Shown: positions 1 to 10,114 of the stretch, one piece after another
How positions within the stretch are numbered: the stretch's first letter is position 1
Layout: the number at the start of each line of letters is the position of its first letter
Position numbers and translations under genes: made by a program
Assembly: GCA_963702425.1 (NCBI GenBank)
Contig: CAVPCQ010000016.1
Coordinates: forward strand, 64,001 to 128,000
DNA: 64,000 bases
Direction of reading: 5' to 3'
Source of the DNA: an uncultured Acidobacteriota bacterium
GTDB taxonomy: Bacteria; Acidobacteriota; Polarisedimenticolia; J045
Notes under the pieces: generated by a model
The model's input: the letters and a program-made list of their open reading frames with translations, nothing else
What the model was told of the DNA's origin: nothing
Databases searched by the model: none

Positions 1-671
1 TGACGCTGGAGGACCGGGCGCTGGCCGAGCAGTTGTTCTGGGACATCGCACGCCGCGCGCTGGCCTTCGCCAAGCGGGAGAAGATCCCGCTCGAGGAGTT
101 CCAGGAGCTGGAGCAGGCGCTGGACCAGAAGTACATCGTCAACTTCTCGGTCTTCCAGAGCGTGCCGGACCACTGGGCCCTGGAGCAGCTCTTCCCGATC
201 GTTCCGACCTCGCGCCTGCGGGAGGCGCCGGAGCACAAGGCCACGCTCTGCGACATCACCTGCGACAGCGACGGCCAGATCGACCATTTCGTCGACATCA
301 AGGACGTGAAGGAAGTGCTCCCGCTGCACGACCCGATTCCCGGGGAGCCGTACGACCTGGCGATCTGCCTGCTGGGCGCCTACCAGGACGTGATGGGCGA
401 CCTGCACAACCTCTACGGGGCCCCCGACGAGGTCCACGTCTCGATCGACTCCGAAGGGCGGACCAAGATCGACCGGGTCGTGCCCGGGGACACCGTGGGC
501 GAGGTCCTGTCGGTCTTCCACTACGACGAGGCGGCGCTCGCCGGCGCAGTGGAGCGGCAGCTCGCCGTACAGGTCGAGGCGGGGACGCTCCCGGCCGCCG
601 AGGCGGCGGCGCTGATCGCCGAGTACCGCGGGCTGTTCGCCCGCGGCACCTACCTGCGGCAGCCCGGGTAG
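1..671 (+). CDS. speA: biosynthetic arginine decarboxylase, C-terminal part (5' truncated by window edge)
   Basis: Motifs NFSVFQSVPDHW..QLFPIVP, LCDITCDSDG and LGAYQDVMGDLHNL are typical of the SpeA C-terminus; stop TAG 669-671. Confidence 0.93.
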   Translation, partial: TLEDRALAEQLFWDIARRALAFAKREKIPLEEFQELEQALDQKYIVNFSVFQSVPDHWALEQLFPIVPTSRLREAPEHKATLCDITCDSDGQIDHFVDIKDVKEVLPLHDPIPGEPYDLAICLLGAYQDVMGDLHNLYGAPDEVHVSIDSEGRTKIDRVVPGDTVGEVLSVFHYDEAALAGAVERQLAVQVEAGTLPAAEAAALIAEYRGLFARGTYLRQPG

Positions 672-723
672 GGGCCGCCCGTGCGGGCCGCCCGTGCGGG
701 CCGCCACGGAGGGCGGCCCCTAC
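668..723. repeat. GTAG-type REP inverted pair (REPIN-like), variant sequence
   Basis: Starts GTAGGGGCCGCCC and ends GGGCGGCCCCTAC; internal 13-bp tandem GGGCCGCCCGTGC; GTAG overlaps the speA stop. Confidence 0.75.
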
Positions 724-735
724 AGACACGGCGCG

Positions 736-935
736 TCAGACGTCGGCGCGGCGGCGTTCCCGCGGCCCGTAGGGGCCGGCCTCCGTGCCGGCCCGTTACG
801 CGTCAGCGCGGCGGCGTTCCCGCGGCCCGTAGGGGCCGGCCTCCGTGCCGGCCCGTTACGCGTCGGCGCGGCGGCGTTCCCGCGGCCCGTAGGGGCCGGC
901 CTCCGTGCCGGCCCGTTACGCGTCGGCGCGGCGGC
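736..935. repeat. 60-bp tandem repeat (3+ copies; BIME-like), each unit = REP GTAGGGGCCGGCCTCCGTGCCGGCCC plus a copy of the last 20 nt of the OPT gene
   Basis: Period 60 visible at 741/801/861/921; REPs at 769-794, 829-854, 889-914. Confidence 0.9.
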
Positions 936-2931
936 TGTCCCAGTACATGTAGGCCAGCAGCAGCGCGTAGAGACCGAGCGCCAACAGCTCGGCCCCCGGA
1001 CCGGCGTCGTTCCCGAACAGGCCCACGCCGAGCCAGCTGACCCCCATCTCCTGCTCGAGCCACTTCAGGAAGGCGGCGATGACTCCCATCACCGCTCCGC
1101 CGGCAATGAACCCCGAGGCGATCAGCGTCCCGCGGTTGTTGCGTGCCCGCTCCAGCGCCTCGTCGCCGTGCGCCGACTTGGCGACGAAATGGGCGATGAT
1201 CCCGCCGACCAGGAGCGGCGTGTTCAGCTCCTGCGGCAGGTACATCCCCAGCGCGAACGGCAGCGCGGGGACCTTCACCATCTGCAGCACGAGGATCAGG
1301 ATCCCGCCGACGCCGTAGAGCAGCCAGGGGACCGGTTCGTTGGACATCAGGGTCTTGATCACCGCGACCATCGCGTTGGCCTGCGGCGCCGGGAGCGGCG
1401 TCGGGTGGGCCGCGCTCTCGACGAAGCCGTAGACCTGGTTGAGCAGCAGCATGACGCCGCCCACGGTCGCCGAGGCGACGAGGGTGCCGAGCAGTTTCGA
1501 GCGTTCCTGCAGCGCCGGCGTCGCGCCGATCCAGTAGCCGACCTTGAGGTCCGTGATCGTCCCCCCCGCAGTCGACAGCGTGGTGCAGACGACGCCGCCG
1601 ATCAGGAGCGCGGCGAGCATGCCGGGCGTTCCGGTCAGCCCCAGCTTGACCAGGATGACCGACGCCAGGATCAGCGTCATCAGCGTCATCCCGGAGACCG
1701 GGTTGCTCCCGACCGTGGCGATCGCCTGGGCGGCCACGGTCGTGAACAGGAACGAGATGACCATCACCACCGCCAGCGCGGCGAGCGACAACACCACCCA
1801 GTTCGGCTGGTCGGCCAGCACGCCGAACATGAAGAAGACCAGCATCGCCAGCGCCGTCACGAGGATCCCGAGCAGCACCGTGCGCATCGGGAGATCGCGG
1901 TCCGTCCGCGTTCCCGCGTGCTCCACCGGCTTCTTGCCGCCCAGCTCCTTGAACCCCAGCGAGAAGGAGGACTTGATGACCCGCCAATTCCGGAGGATCC
2001 CCAGCGCCCCCGCGGTCGCGATCGCGCCGATGCCGATCAGCCGCACGTAATTCCGGAAGATCTGGTCGGCGGTCATCTGGCCGATCAGCGTCCCTCCCGC
2101 CGCGACGCCGATCGGTTGCGCCAGCCCCTCGCCGAACCAGCCGATCAGCGGGACGATCAGGAACCAGGAGACGAAGGAACCCGCGGTGATCACCGCCGCG
2201 TAGCGCAGCCCGATGATGTAGCCCAGGCCGAGCACCGAGGCCAGCACGTCCATCTTGAACACCATGCGCGACTTCGTCGCCAGCGTCTCGAGAAACGGCA
2301 CCGAGCGCGACGTGAAGACCTCGGCGAAGGCGTGGAAGTGGATCGTCAGGAAGTCGAACAGGCCGCCGACGAGCGCCGCAACGCTGAGCACCTTGGCCTG
2401 CGAGCCGCCGGCCTCGCCCGCGACGAGGATCTCCGTCGTCGCCGTGGCCTCCGGGAACGGGTACTCGCCGTGCATGTCGGCGACGAAGTAGCGTCGCAGC
2501 GGGATCAGGAAGAAGACGCCGAGGAAGCCCCCGAAGACGGCGACGATGAACAGCTTGACGAGATCGACCGGCAGCCCGAGCACGAACAGCCCGGGCAGCG
2601 TGAAGATCGAGCCCGCGACGATCAGCCCCGAGGCCGCGCCGATCGACTGCACGATGACGTTCTCGAGGATCGTCGACTTGCGGGGCAGCGCGACGCCGAG
2701 GCCGACCGCCAGGATCGCGATCGGAATCGCCGCCTCGAAGACCTGGCCGACCTTCAGGCCGAGGAAGGCCGCCGCGGCCGAGAAGACGATCGCCATGATC
2801 AGCCCCAGCGTGACGGACCGCGGCGTCCACTGCGCCATCGTAGAAGAGGCCGGAACGATCGGCTGGTACGTCTCTCCGGGCTGGAGCTTGCGATAGGCGT
2901 TGTCGGGCAGCGAGCGGGTCGTCGGCTCCAT
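916..2931 (-). CDS. OPT family oligopeptide transporter
   Basis: Many TM helices; motifs LGLKVG, ENVIVQSI, YPFPEATAT, GSNPVSGM, DLKVGYWIGATP; ATG 2931 preceded by AAGGAGG. Confidence 0.92.
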   Translation of the reverse strand: MEPTTRSLPDNAYRKLQPGETYQPIVPASSTMAQWTPRSVTLGLIMAIVFSAAAAFLGLKVGQVFEAAIPIAILAVGLGVALPRKSTILENVIVQSIGAASGLIVAGSIFTLPGLFVLGLPVDLVKLFIVAVFGGFLGVFFLIPLRRYFVADMHGEYPFPEATATTEILVAGEAGGSQAKVLSVAALVGGLFDFLTIHFHAFAEVFTSRSVPFLETLATKSRMVFKMDVLASVLGLGYIIGLRYAAVITAGSFVSWFLIVPLIGWFGEGLAQPIGVAAGGTLIGQMTADQIFRNYVRLIGIGAIATAGALGILRNWRVIKSSFSLGFKELGGKKPVEHAGTRTDRDLPMRTVLLGILVTALAMLVFFMFGVLADQPNWVVLSLAALAVVMVISFLFTTVAAQAIATVGSNPVSGMTLMTLILASVILVKLGLTGTPGMLAALLIGGVVCTTLSTAGGTITDLKVGYWIGATPALQERSKLLGTLVASATVGGVMLLLNQVYGFVESAAHPTPLPAPQANAMVAVIKTLMSNEPVPWLLYGVGGILILVLQMVKVPALPFALGMYLPQELNTPLLVGGIIAHFVAKSAHGDEALERARNNRGTLIASGFIAGGAVMGVIAAFLKWLEQEMGVSWLGVGLFGNDAGPGAELLALGLYALLLAYMYWDSRRADA

Positions 2932-3000
2932 GACGCACGGCCTCCTTGGGGTCACGCCGGAGAGGGACGGGCGGAGCCTACGGAAGTCGGGAGTGCCGCG

Positions 3001-3246
3001 TCAACCTCGGGTTTCGACGGGCGGGCGGACGTGCCCGAGACGGCTGACGGCGTGCGCGATCTTGCGGCGGAACGCCTTGAGGTCACCGGCCGAGAGCTGC
3101 TCGAGGGCCTCGTCGAGGATCGCCGTGATCTCGGCAAGCTCCTGGCGCGCCGCGTGCTCGCGCACCTCCTCCACCCGCCGCCGCAGCGAGGAGATCTCGC
3201 CGACGGACAGCGAGTTGAGCGCTTCGATCATGCCCCGGAGGTGCAT
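3001..3246 (-). CDS. small helical hypothetical protein (81 aa)
   Basis: MHLRGMIEALNSLSVGEISSLRRRVEE...; amphipathic helices, host-like codon use, fills the gap between OPT and top6B. Confidence 0.6.
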   Translation of the reverse strand: MHLRGMIEALNSLSVGEISSLRRRVEEVREHAARQELAEITAILDEALEQLSAGDLKAFRRKIAHAVSRLGHVRPPVETRG

Positions 3247-3328
3247 CGCGGGCGCATTGTAGCGGCGGGTCCCGGGGACGCAACACGACCCCTGTCCGGT
3301 CCCGCCGCGGATGCTATCCTTCCCGCCC

Positions 3329-5134
3329 ATGTCGAAGTCGTCCCCCGGCAAGCGCGCCGGTTCCGCCCGTGTGAAGCCCCCGAAGACCACCGCCCGCCGG
3401 ACCCGTGCGGCGGGGCGCCCGGAGCACGAGCAGGCCAGCCTGTTCGAAGTCGCGGCTTCGCCGCCGGCGACGCCGGCGGCTGCGCCGTCACGCGTGCCCC
3501 GCTCGACCGCCGAGGAACCCGCCGGGCCGGTCGCGGCTGAGGCGACGGCCCGCCGGGCCGGCCGCTCCCGCGCCGGGCGCCGCCCCGTCGGCGCGCAGGA
3601 GATGGCGACCCGCCAGCGCGACATCTCGGTCTCGGAGTTCTTCACCAAGAACCGGCACCTGCTGGGCTTCGACAACCCGCGCAAGGCCCTGCTGACGACG
3701 GTCAAGGAGGCGGTCGACAACGCGCTCGACGCCTGCGAGGAGGCCGGGATCGTCCCCGACATCGACGTCGCGATCGAACAGCTGGCCGAGGACCGCTTCG
3801 TCGCCAAGGTGCGGGACAACGGCCCCGGCATCGTCCGCGAGCAGATCCCGAAGGTCTTCGGCAAGCTGCTCTACGGCTCCAAGTTCCACCGCTACCGGCA
3901 GTCGCGCGGCCAGCAGGGGATCGGGATCTCCGCCGCCGGGATGTACGGCCTTCTGACGACCGGCCGCCCGGTCGTCGTGACCTCCAAGACCGGGCCGCGC
4001 AAGGCGGCGCACCACTACGAGATCGCGATCGACACCCGCGCCAACAAGCCCGAGATCCTGCACGACGCGACGATCGAGGACGCCGCGATCCCGCAGGGGA
4101 CCGAGGTCGCGATCACGCTCGAGGGCCAGTTCCAGCGCGGCCGCCGCAGCGTCGACGAGTACATGGAGCTGACCGCGCTGGCCAACCCGCACGCCACGTT
4201 CCGCTACCGCTCGCCGGGCAGCGAGCCGGTGGTCTGGGAGCGCGTGACGAGCGAGCTGCCCCCCGAGGCGCGGGAGATCAAACCGCACCCGCACGGGGTC
4301 GAGCTGGGAACCCTGCTCAAGATCCTGCGCGACAGCGACAACCGGCACCTGGTCGAGGCCCTGGTCGCCAACTTCTCGCGCGTTTCCCCGCAGGTCGCCG
4401 CCGAGATCTGCGCCAAGGCCAAGGTCTCACCCAAGGCCAACCCGCGCACGCTCGACACCCGCGCCGTGGAGCTGCTCTACCGCGCGATCCCGCACGTCAA
4501 GATCCTGGCCCCGCCGACCAACTGCCTGGTCCCGATCGGCGCGGAGCTGATCGAGCGCGCGCTGCGCCAGCGAATCAAGGCCGACTTCTTCGCCGCCTGC
4601 ACCCGGCCGCCGGCGGTCTACCGCGGCAACCCGTTCCTGGTCGAGGTCGGCCTCGCCTACGGCGGCGGTCTGCCGGCGGAAGATCTGGTCGACGTGCTGC
4701 GTTTCGCCAACCGCGTTCCCCTGCTCTACCAGGCGGGCGCGTGCGCCGTCACGAAGGCGGTCGTCGGGACCAACTGGCGCGGTTACGGTCTTCCGCAGTC
4801 GAGGGGCGCGCCACCGTCCGGCCCGGCGATCCTCTTCATCCATGTCGCCTCGGTCTGGGTGCCGTTCACGTCCGAGAGCAAGGAAGCGGTCGCGTCGTAC
4901 CCGGAGATCGTCAAGGAGATCCGGCTGGCGCTGATGGATGTCGGCCGCCGGCTCGGCAGCTTTCTCAAGCGCCGGGCCCGCGCCGCGGCCGAGGAGAAGA
5001 AGCTCGGCTACATCACCAAGTACATCCCGCAGATCGGGATTGCGCTGCAGGACATCCTGGCGCTCGAGGACCCGCAGCGCGACGCCGCGGTGGCGCAGCT
5101 CAAAGACATCCTGGAGCGCTCGCGCACCGTCTAG
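3329..5134 (+). CDS. top6B: DNA topoisomerase VI subunit B
   Basis: SVSEFFTKNRHLLGF, GHKL motifs KEAVDNALDA, DNGPGI, GSKF..QSRGQQGIGIS; KPHPHG; RFANRVPLLY; VPFTSESKE; ~90-aa low-complexity N-terminal extension, start uncertain (3311/3329). Confidence 0.93.
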   Translation: MSKSSPGKRAGSARVKPPKTTARRTRAAGRPEHEQASLFEVAASPPATPAAAPSRVPRSTAEEPAGPVAAEATARRAGRSRAGRRPVGAQEMATRQRDISVSEFFTKNRHLLGFDNPRKALLTTVKEAVDNALDACEEAGIVPDIDVAIEQLAEDRFVAKVRDNGPGIVREQIPKVFGKLLYGSKFHRYRQSRGQQGIGISAAGMYGLLTTGRPVVVTSKTGPRKAAHHYEIAIDTRANKPEILHDATIEDAAIPQGTEVAITLEGQFQRGRRSVDEYMELTALANPHATFRYRSPGSEPVVWERVTSELPPEAREIKPHPHGVELGTLLKILRDSDNRHLVEALVANFSRVSPQVAAEICAKAKVSPKANPRTLDTRAVELLYRAIPHVKILAPPTNCLVPIGAELIERALRQRIKADFFAACTRPPAVYRGNPFLVEVGLAYGGGLPAEDLVDVLRFANRVPLLYQAGACAVTKAVVGTNWRGYGLPQSRGAPPSGPAILFIHVASVWVPFTSESKEAVASYPEIVKEIRLALMDVGRRLGSFLKRRARAAAEEKKLGYITKYIPQIGIALQDILALEDPQRDAAVAQLKDILERSRTV

Positions 5135-5145
5135 CCTGGCCCCCG

Positions 5146-6096
5146 TCAGGGCGTAGCCGGACCCGGCGGAGCCCGACGTCCCCGCAGCATGTGCAGCCCG
5201 AAGAGGATCGTCGCCAGCACGAGCGGAAGCAGGTAGTACAGCGCGCGGAACGCGATCAGCACGCCGGCGATCTGCGCCGCCGGCAGGTGCGGGGAGAGCA
5301 GCCACAGGGCGACCGTCTCGAAGACGCCGAGCCCGCCCGGTACCTGGCTCGCGTTGCCGGCGAAGGCGGCGATCAGGAAGACCGTCAGCGCCAGCGGGTA
5401 GCTGATCCCGGACGCCTCGGGCAGCAGCACGAAGAAGGCCGCCGCCGCCAGCAGCCAGTCGACGGTGGAGGCCCCGAACTGCGCCAGCGCCAGCTTCCAG
5501 CCCGGCCGTCCGAGCTCGACGCCATTGAGATCGACGGTCGTCTTCCGGCCGCCCGCGGCCCAGTAGAAGTAGGCCGCGCTGAGCAGCAGCATCGCCACAC
5601 CGAGCGGCCGGACCCAGGCCGGAGGGATGTGCAGCTCCGGCGGCAGCGGGGCCGGATGCCCGAGGAAGACGACCCCCGCGAGCAGCAGGAAGCCCAGCCA
5701 GAAGGTCGCGCCGCCGAAGAGAATCAACGCCCCGATCTCGGTCGTGGCGAAACCCCAGCGCTTGTAGAAGCGCAGCCGGACCGAGCCCCCGGTGATCAGC
5801 GGCAGGCCGAGGTTCTGCGACAGCGCGTAGCTGAGGAACGAGGCGAAGACGACTTTGGGCAACGGAAGGCGAAGCCGCAGGTAGCGCAGCCCGAGCAGGT
5901 CGTAGCTCGAGAGGGCCAGGTAGTTGAGCGCGACGAGGAGCGCGGACAGCGCGAGCCGCCGGCGCGGGATGCCGTCGAAGGCGACCCGGATTTCGCTCCA
6001 GGGGGTGTCGCGCAGCGCCGTCCGCAGCGCGTAGAACGCGAGCGCAAAGAGCGCGACCCCGACGATCCGGCCGAGGTGGCGGGGAAGACGCATCAT
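5146..6096 (-). CDS. lysylphosphatidylglycerol synthase TM region / MprF-flippase-like membrane protein (no synthase domain)
   Basis: YDLLGLRYL, GGSVRLRFY, SQVPGGLGVFE, FRALYYLLP motifs; hydrophobic. Confidence 0.85.
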   Translation of the reverse strand: MMRLPRHLGRIVGVALFALAFYALRTALRDTPWSEIRVAFDGIPRRRLALSALLVALNYLALSSYDLLGLRYLRLRLPLPKVVFASFLSYALSQNLGLPLITGGSVRLRFYKRWGFATTEIGALILFGGATFWLGFLLLAGVVFLGHPAPLPPELHIPPAWVRPLGVAMLLLSAAYFYWAAGGRKTTVDLNGVELGRPGWKLALAQFGASTVDWLLAAAAFFVLLPEASGISYPLALTVFLIAAFAGNASQVPGGLGVFETVALWLLSPHLPAAQIAGVLIAFRALYYLLPLVLATILFGLHMLRGRRAPPGPATP

Positions 6097-6370
6097 GCCG
6101 GGCGGGCCATGGATGGTGGCGCGGATTGTAGCCGCCTGGACGGACCGAGGGGGCCGGACGAGAGCCGACAGGCTCTGCCGACCGGGGCGACAAGCGCGAA
6201 GTCGGGCCGCCGGATGGCGGGCAGGGTTGCGACGGCGGGGGTTGCGGCGGCTCGGGCGATTCGAACGAAGGTCGGCAGCACGGACCTCCTCTCCTCCCCA
6301 GGTTCGCGACGCGGGCAGGCTCCAGCCTGCCCCGCGTCGTCTTCGCGGGTAAGATCCAGCCTGCCCGCCG

Positions 6371-8854
6371 ATGATCCGCCCCGACACGCCTGAGCCGCCG
6401 AGCCAAGCCGCACCGGGCGGAGCGCCGCCTCGTGCCCGGCGCGGTCGGCTGGGGCTGGTGGCCACCGGGATCGTCGTGGCGCTCGTCCTGGCCGGCTTCT
6501 CGACGGTCGGCGTCGTGCGGCAGGTGCTGCGCGCGAGCCTCCCCCAGCTCGACGGCTCGCACCCGCTCGCGGGCCTCGCGGCACCGGTCACGGTGGAGCG
6601 CGACACCCTCGGCATTCCGACCGTGACGGCGTCGAGCCCGCTCGACGCCTACCGCGCGCTCGGATTCCTGCACGCCCAGGAGCGCTTCTTCCAGATGGAC
6701 CTGGCGCGGCGTGCGGCAGCGGGCGAACTGGCCGCGCTCTTCGGTGCGGTCGCCGTGGACGCCGATCGCGCGGTGCGCATCCACCGCTTCCGCGCCCGCG
6801 CCGAGGCTGCGGTCGCGGCCGCCGGCCCGGACGCGCAGGCCACGCTCGTGGCCTACACGCAGGGGGTCAACGCGGGCCTGGCCGCCCTGCGGGCGCGGCC
6901 GTTCGAGTACTTCCTGCTGCGGGCCGACCCGGTCGCGTGGCGCCCCGAGGACACGCTCCTCGTCGTCGACTCGATGTACCTGGAGCTGCAGGACGACCGC
7001 GGCCGGCGCGAGGAGCGGCTGGCACTGCTCTACGGCGCGCTTCCGGCAGCGCTGGCCGACTTCCTCGCCCCGCGCGGCACGCCGTGGGATGCCCCGCTCG
7101 AGGGCCCGGCGTTCGAGCTCCCCGAGGTCCCGGGACCCGAAGTGATCGACCTGCGCACCGCCCCGTCGCCGCCGAAGAGCTCCGCCGCGCGGATAGCGGG
7201 TGAGCCGGACCAGCCCGCGTCGCTCGGCAGCAACAACTGGGCGGTCGCCGGCCGGCGCACGGCAGACGGCCGGGCGCTGCTCGCCGGCGACATGCACCTG
7301 CCGCTCGCCGTACCCGCCACCTGGTACCGCGCATCGCTCGCCTGGCCGCGCCGCGACGGCGCGACGGGCGAGGTGCGGGTCAGCGGTGTGACGCTCCCCG
7401 GCGTTCCCGCGGTTGTTGCGGGCAGCAACGGCCGCGTCGCGTGGGCCTTCACGAACAGCTACGTCGACACCGGCGACCTGGTCCTGCTCGACCCGGCGCC
7501 AGGTGCCGTCGACAGCGAGCCGCCGCGCTACATGACCCCCGAAGGTCCGCGCGCGGCTGAACGATTCGTGGAGCGGATCGAGGTCCGGGGCGGCGCTGCG
7601 GCCACGGTCGAGGTGCAGGAGACGATCTGGGGCCCGATCGTCGGCAGCGGGCCCGACGGCCGCGTGCGCGCCTTCCGCTGGACGGCCCACGATCCGGACG
7701 CGGTGAACCTCGAACTGCTCGCCCTGGCCGAGGCCGGAACCGTCGACGAAGCGCTGGCGATCGCCCCGCGTTGCGGCATCCCGGCCCAGAACCTCGCGGT
7801 CATCGACACCGCGGGCCGGATCGGCTGGACGATCGCCGGGCACGTGCCGCGGCGCTTCGGCTTCGACGGGCGCCTTCCGACCTCCTGGGCCGACGGCACG
7901 CGCGGCTGGAACGGCGTGCTCGCACCGGAGGAGCAGCCGCGCGTCGTCGATCCGCCGGGGGGCACCCTCTGGACCGCCAATGCGCGCGTCGTCGGCGGAG
8001 AGGCGCTGGCCCGGCTCGGCGATGGAGGCTACGACCTCGGCGCGCGCGCGAAGCAGATCCGGGACGGGCTGCAAGCGCTGGAACAGCCCGACGAGCAGGC
8101 CATGCTCGCACTGCAGCTCGACGATCGGGCGCTCCTGCTCGCCCCCTGGAGGGATCTCCTGCTCGAGTCGCTCGGTCCGGAGGTCGCGGCGACCGACCCG
8201 CGGCGCGCGGAGGCCCGCCGGCTGATCGAGACCTGGGGAGGTCGGGCCGCGACCGCTTCCGCGGGCTACCGGATCGTCCGCGGCTTCCGGCTCAACTTCG
8301 CGCGCCAGACCTTCCGGGCCCTGGTCGCCCCCTGCGAGAAGGCCGACCCGTCGTTCAGCATCTTCGCGCTCCCACAGTGGGAGGGGCCGCTCTGGCAGCT
8401 CGTGCGCCGGCGGCCGGGCCACCTGCTCGACCCGCGCTTCTCGAGCTGGAACGACGCGATCCTGTCCGCGCTCGACGCGACGCTGGCCGAGCTGACCGCC
8501 GACGGCGCCGCGCTGGCCACCGCGACCTGGGGCCGGCGCAACACGCTCGCCATCCGGCACCCGCTGTCGGGTGCGATCCCGTTCGCCGGAACGTGGCTCG
8601 ACATGCCGGCGATGGAGATGCCGGGCGACGACGACATGCCGCGCGTGCAGATCGGGTCGCTGGGCGCATCGCAGCGGATGGTGGTCTCGCCGGGGCACGA
8701 GGCGCAGGGCTTCTTCCAGATGCCCTGCGGCCAGAGCGGGCACCCGCTCTCGCCGCACTACCGCGACCAGCAGCAGGCCTGGGCGCGCGGCGCTCCGGCG
8801 CCGTTCCTGCCGGGGGCCGCGGTCCACCGGCTCGAGCTCGGCCCGGCCCGCTGA
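6371..8854 (+). CDS. penicillin acylase family protein (Ntn-hydrolase, S45)
   Basis: N-terminal TM; GFLHAQERFFQMDL; GSNNWAV nucleophile motif; DMHL; WTANAR; GQSGHPLSPHYRDQ. Confidence 0.92.
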   Translation: MIRPDTPEPPSQAAPGGAPPRARRGRLGLVATGIVVALVLAGFSTVGVVRQVLRASLPQLDGSHPLAGLAAPVTVERDTLGIPTVTASSPLDAYRALGFLHAQERFFQMDLARRAAAGELAALFGAVAVDADRAVRIHRFRARAEAAVAAAGPDAQATLVAYTQGVNAGLAALRARPFEYFLLRADPVAWRPEDTLLVVDSMYLELQDDRGRREERLALLYGALPAALADFLAPRGTPWDAPLEGPAFELPEVPGPEVIDLRTAPSPPKSSAARIAGEPDQPASLGSNNWAVAGRRTADGRALLAGDMHLPLAVPATWYRASLAWPRRDGATGEVRVSGVTLPGVPAVVAGSNGRVAWAFTNSYVDTGDLVLLDPAPGAVDSEPPRYMTPEGPRAAERFVERIEVRGGAAATVEVQETIWGPIVGSGPDGRVRAFRWTAHDPDAVNLELLALAEAGTVDEALAIAPRCGIPAQNLAVIDTAGRIGWTIAGHVPRRFGFDGRLPTSWADGTRGWNGVLAPEEQPRVVDPPGGTLWTANARVVGGEALARLGDGGYDLGARAKQIRDGLQALEQPDEQAMLALQLDDRALLLAPWRDLLLESLGPEVAATDPRRAEARRLIETWGGRAATASAGYRIVRGFRLNFARQTFRALVAPCEKADPSFSIFALPQWEGPLWQLVRRRPGHLLDPRFSSWNDAILSALDATLAELTADGAALATATWGRRNTLAIRHPLSGAIPFAGTWLDMPAMEMPGDDDMPRVQIGSLGASQRMVVSPGHEAQGFFQMPCGQSGHPLSPHYRDQQQAWARGAPAPFLPGAAVHRLELGPAR

Positions 8855-8873
8855 CGGCGTGGTCGAGCCGCCG

Positions 8874-10061
8874 ATGCCCGCCTTCGTCACGCTGCTCGCT
8901 CTTTTCGCCTCGGCCTGCCTCGCCGGCGCGATCGTCTCGGGTGCGGCGCTGCTCGTCGTCGCGCGCGGGCTCCGATTCCTGCGCGACATCCCGCCGGCCA
9001 TGGGCGACCGGCTTCCCGCGGTGAGCATCGTGATCGCGGCGCGCGACGAGGCGGCAGGCGTCGAGCACACGGTTCGCTCGCTGCTGGCCCAGGACTACCC
9101 ACAGCTCTCGATCGTCGCAGTGAACGACCGCTCGACCGACGGGACCGATGCGATCCTCGACCGGCTCGCTGCGACGGACCCGCGCCTCACGGCCGTGCAC
9201 CTGGCCGAGCTGCCGCCCGGCTGGCTCGGCAAGAACCGCGCGCACTCCGTCGGCGCCGCGCGGGCGGAGGGAGAGTTCCTGCTCTTCACCGACGGCGACG
9301 TCCTCTTCGCCCCGGACGCCCTGCGCCGCGCGATCGGCCTCGCCCTGCACGAGCGCCTGGACCTGCTCGCCGCGGCGCCCGAGATTCACGCGCGCGGGGC
9401 GCTGCTGCGCGCGGTCGTGGCCGCGTTCACCTTCTACTTCGCGCTGGCGATCCCGCCCTGGCGGGTGCGCGACCCGCGCCGCCGGGAGGCGATCGGGATC
9501 GGGGCCTTCAACCTCGTGCGGGCCGACACCTACCGCGCGGCCGGTGGTCACGCGGCGTTCGCGATGCGCCCCGACGACGACCTCGCGCTGGCACGGGCGC
9601 TCAAGCGCGCCGGGGCGCGGTCCGCGGTCCTTTCCGGGATCGGAGTGGTCGCGGTCGAGTGGTACCCCGGCGTCCGCGCGCTGGTGGACGGCCTGCAGAA
9701 GAACATCTTCTCCGGCTTCGACTTCAGCGCATCCCGGGCGCTGGCCGCGGTGGCGGCGATCCTGTCCGGCAACGTGCTCCCGTTCGTGGCGCCGTTCGTG
9801 ACGCCGTCCCCGGCGCGCTGGATTTTCGCCGCGGCCGCCGCGCTGCTCGTGATCCAGGTCGGCGCGGCCGCCCGCGGCGCGGGGCTGCCGTGGCGCTCGG
9901 GCCTGCTCTTCCCGGCCGCGGCGCTCGTCTGGGCCTGGATCGTCCTGCGCGGGACGATCGTGCCCCTCGCCCGCGGCGAGATCGAGTGGCGCGGGACACG
10001 CTATCCGCTCGAGGAGCTGCGACGGGCCGGGGAAGGAACGCCGGGCGCGAAGTCGGCCTGA
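8874..10061 (+). CDS. family 2 glycosyltransferase (HpnB/CrtQ-like)
   Basis: IAARDE, VNDRSTDGT, GWLGK, FTDGD, DDLALAR; N- and C-terminal TM segments. Confidence 0.88.
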   Translation: MPAFVTLLALFASACLAGAIVSGAALLVVARGLRFLRDIPPAMGDRLPAVSIVIAARDEAAGVEHTVRSLLAQDYPQLSIVAVNDRSTDGTDAILDRLAATDPRLTAVHLAELPPGWLGKNRAHSVGAARAEGEFLLFTDGDVLFAPDALRRAIGLALHERLDLLAAAPEIHARGALLRAVVAAFTFYFALAIPPWRVRDPRRREAIGIGAFNLVRADTYRAAGGHAAFAMRPDDDLALARALKRAGARSAVLSGIGVVAVEWYPGVRALVDGLQKNIFSGFDFSASRALAAVAAILSGNVLPFVAPFVTPSPARWIFAAAAALLVIQVGAAARGAGLPWRSGLLFPAAALVWAWIVLRGTIVPLARGEIEWRGTRYPLEELRRAGEGTPGAKSA

Positions 10062-10114
10062 GGTCGGCGGGCCGGACCGGGCTCTGATAAGCTCCCGCCC
10101 TTTCCGGAGGCTCG

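Noticed and set aside
736-935. CRISPR array
   Set aside because: The spacers are near-identical, the repeat is a GTAG-REP palindrome found elsewhere in the window, and there are no cas genes
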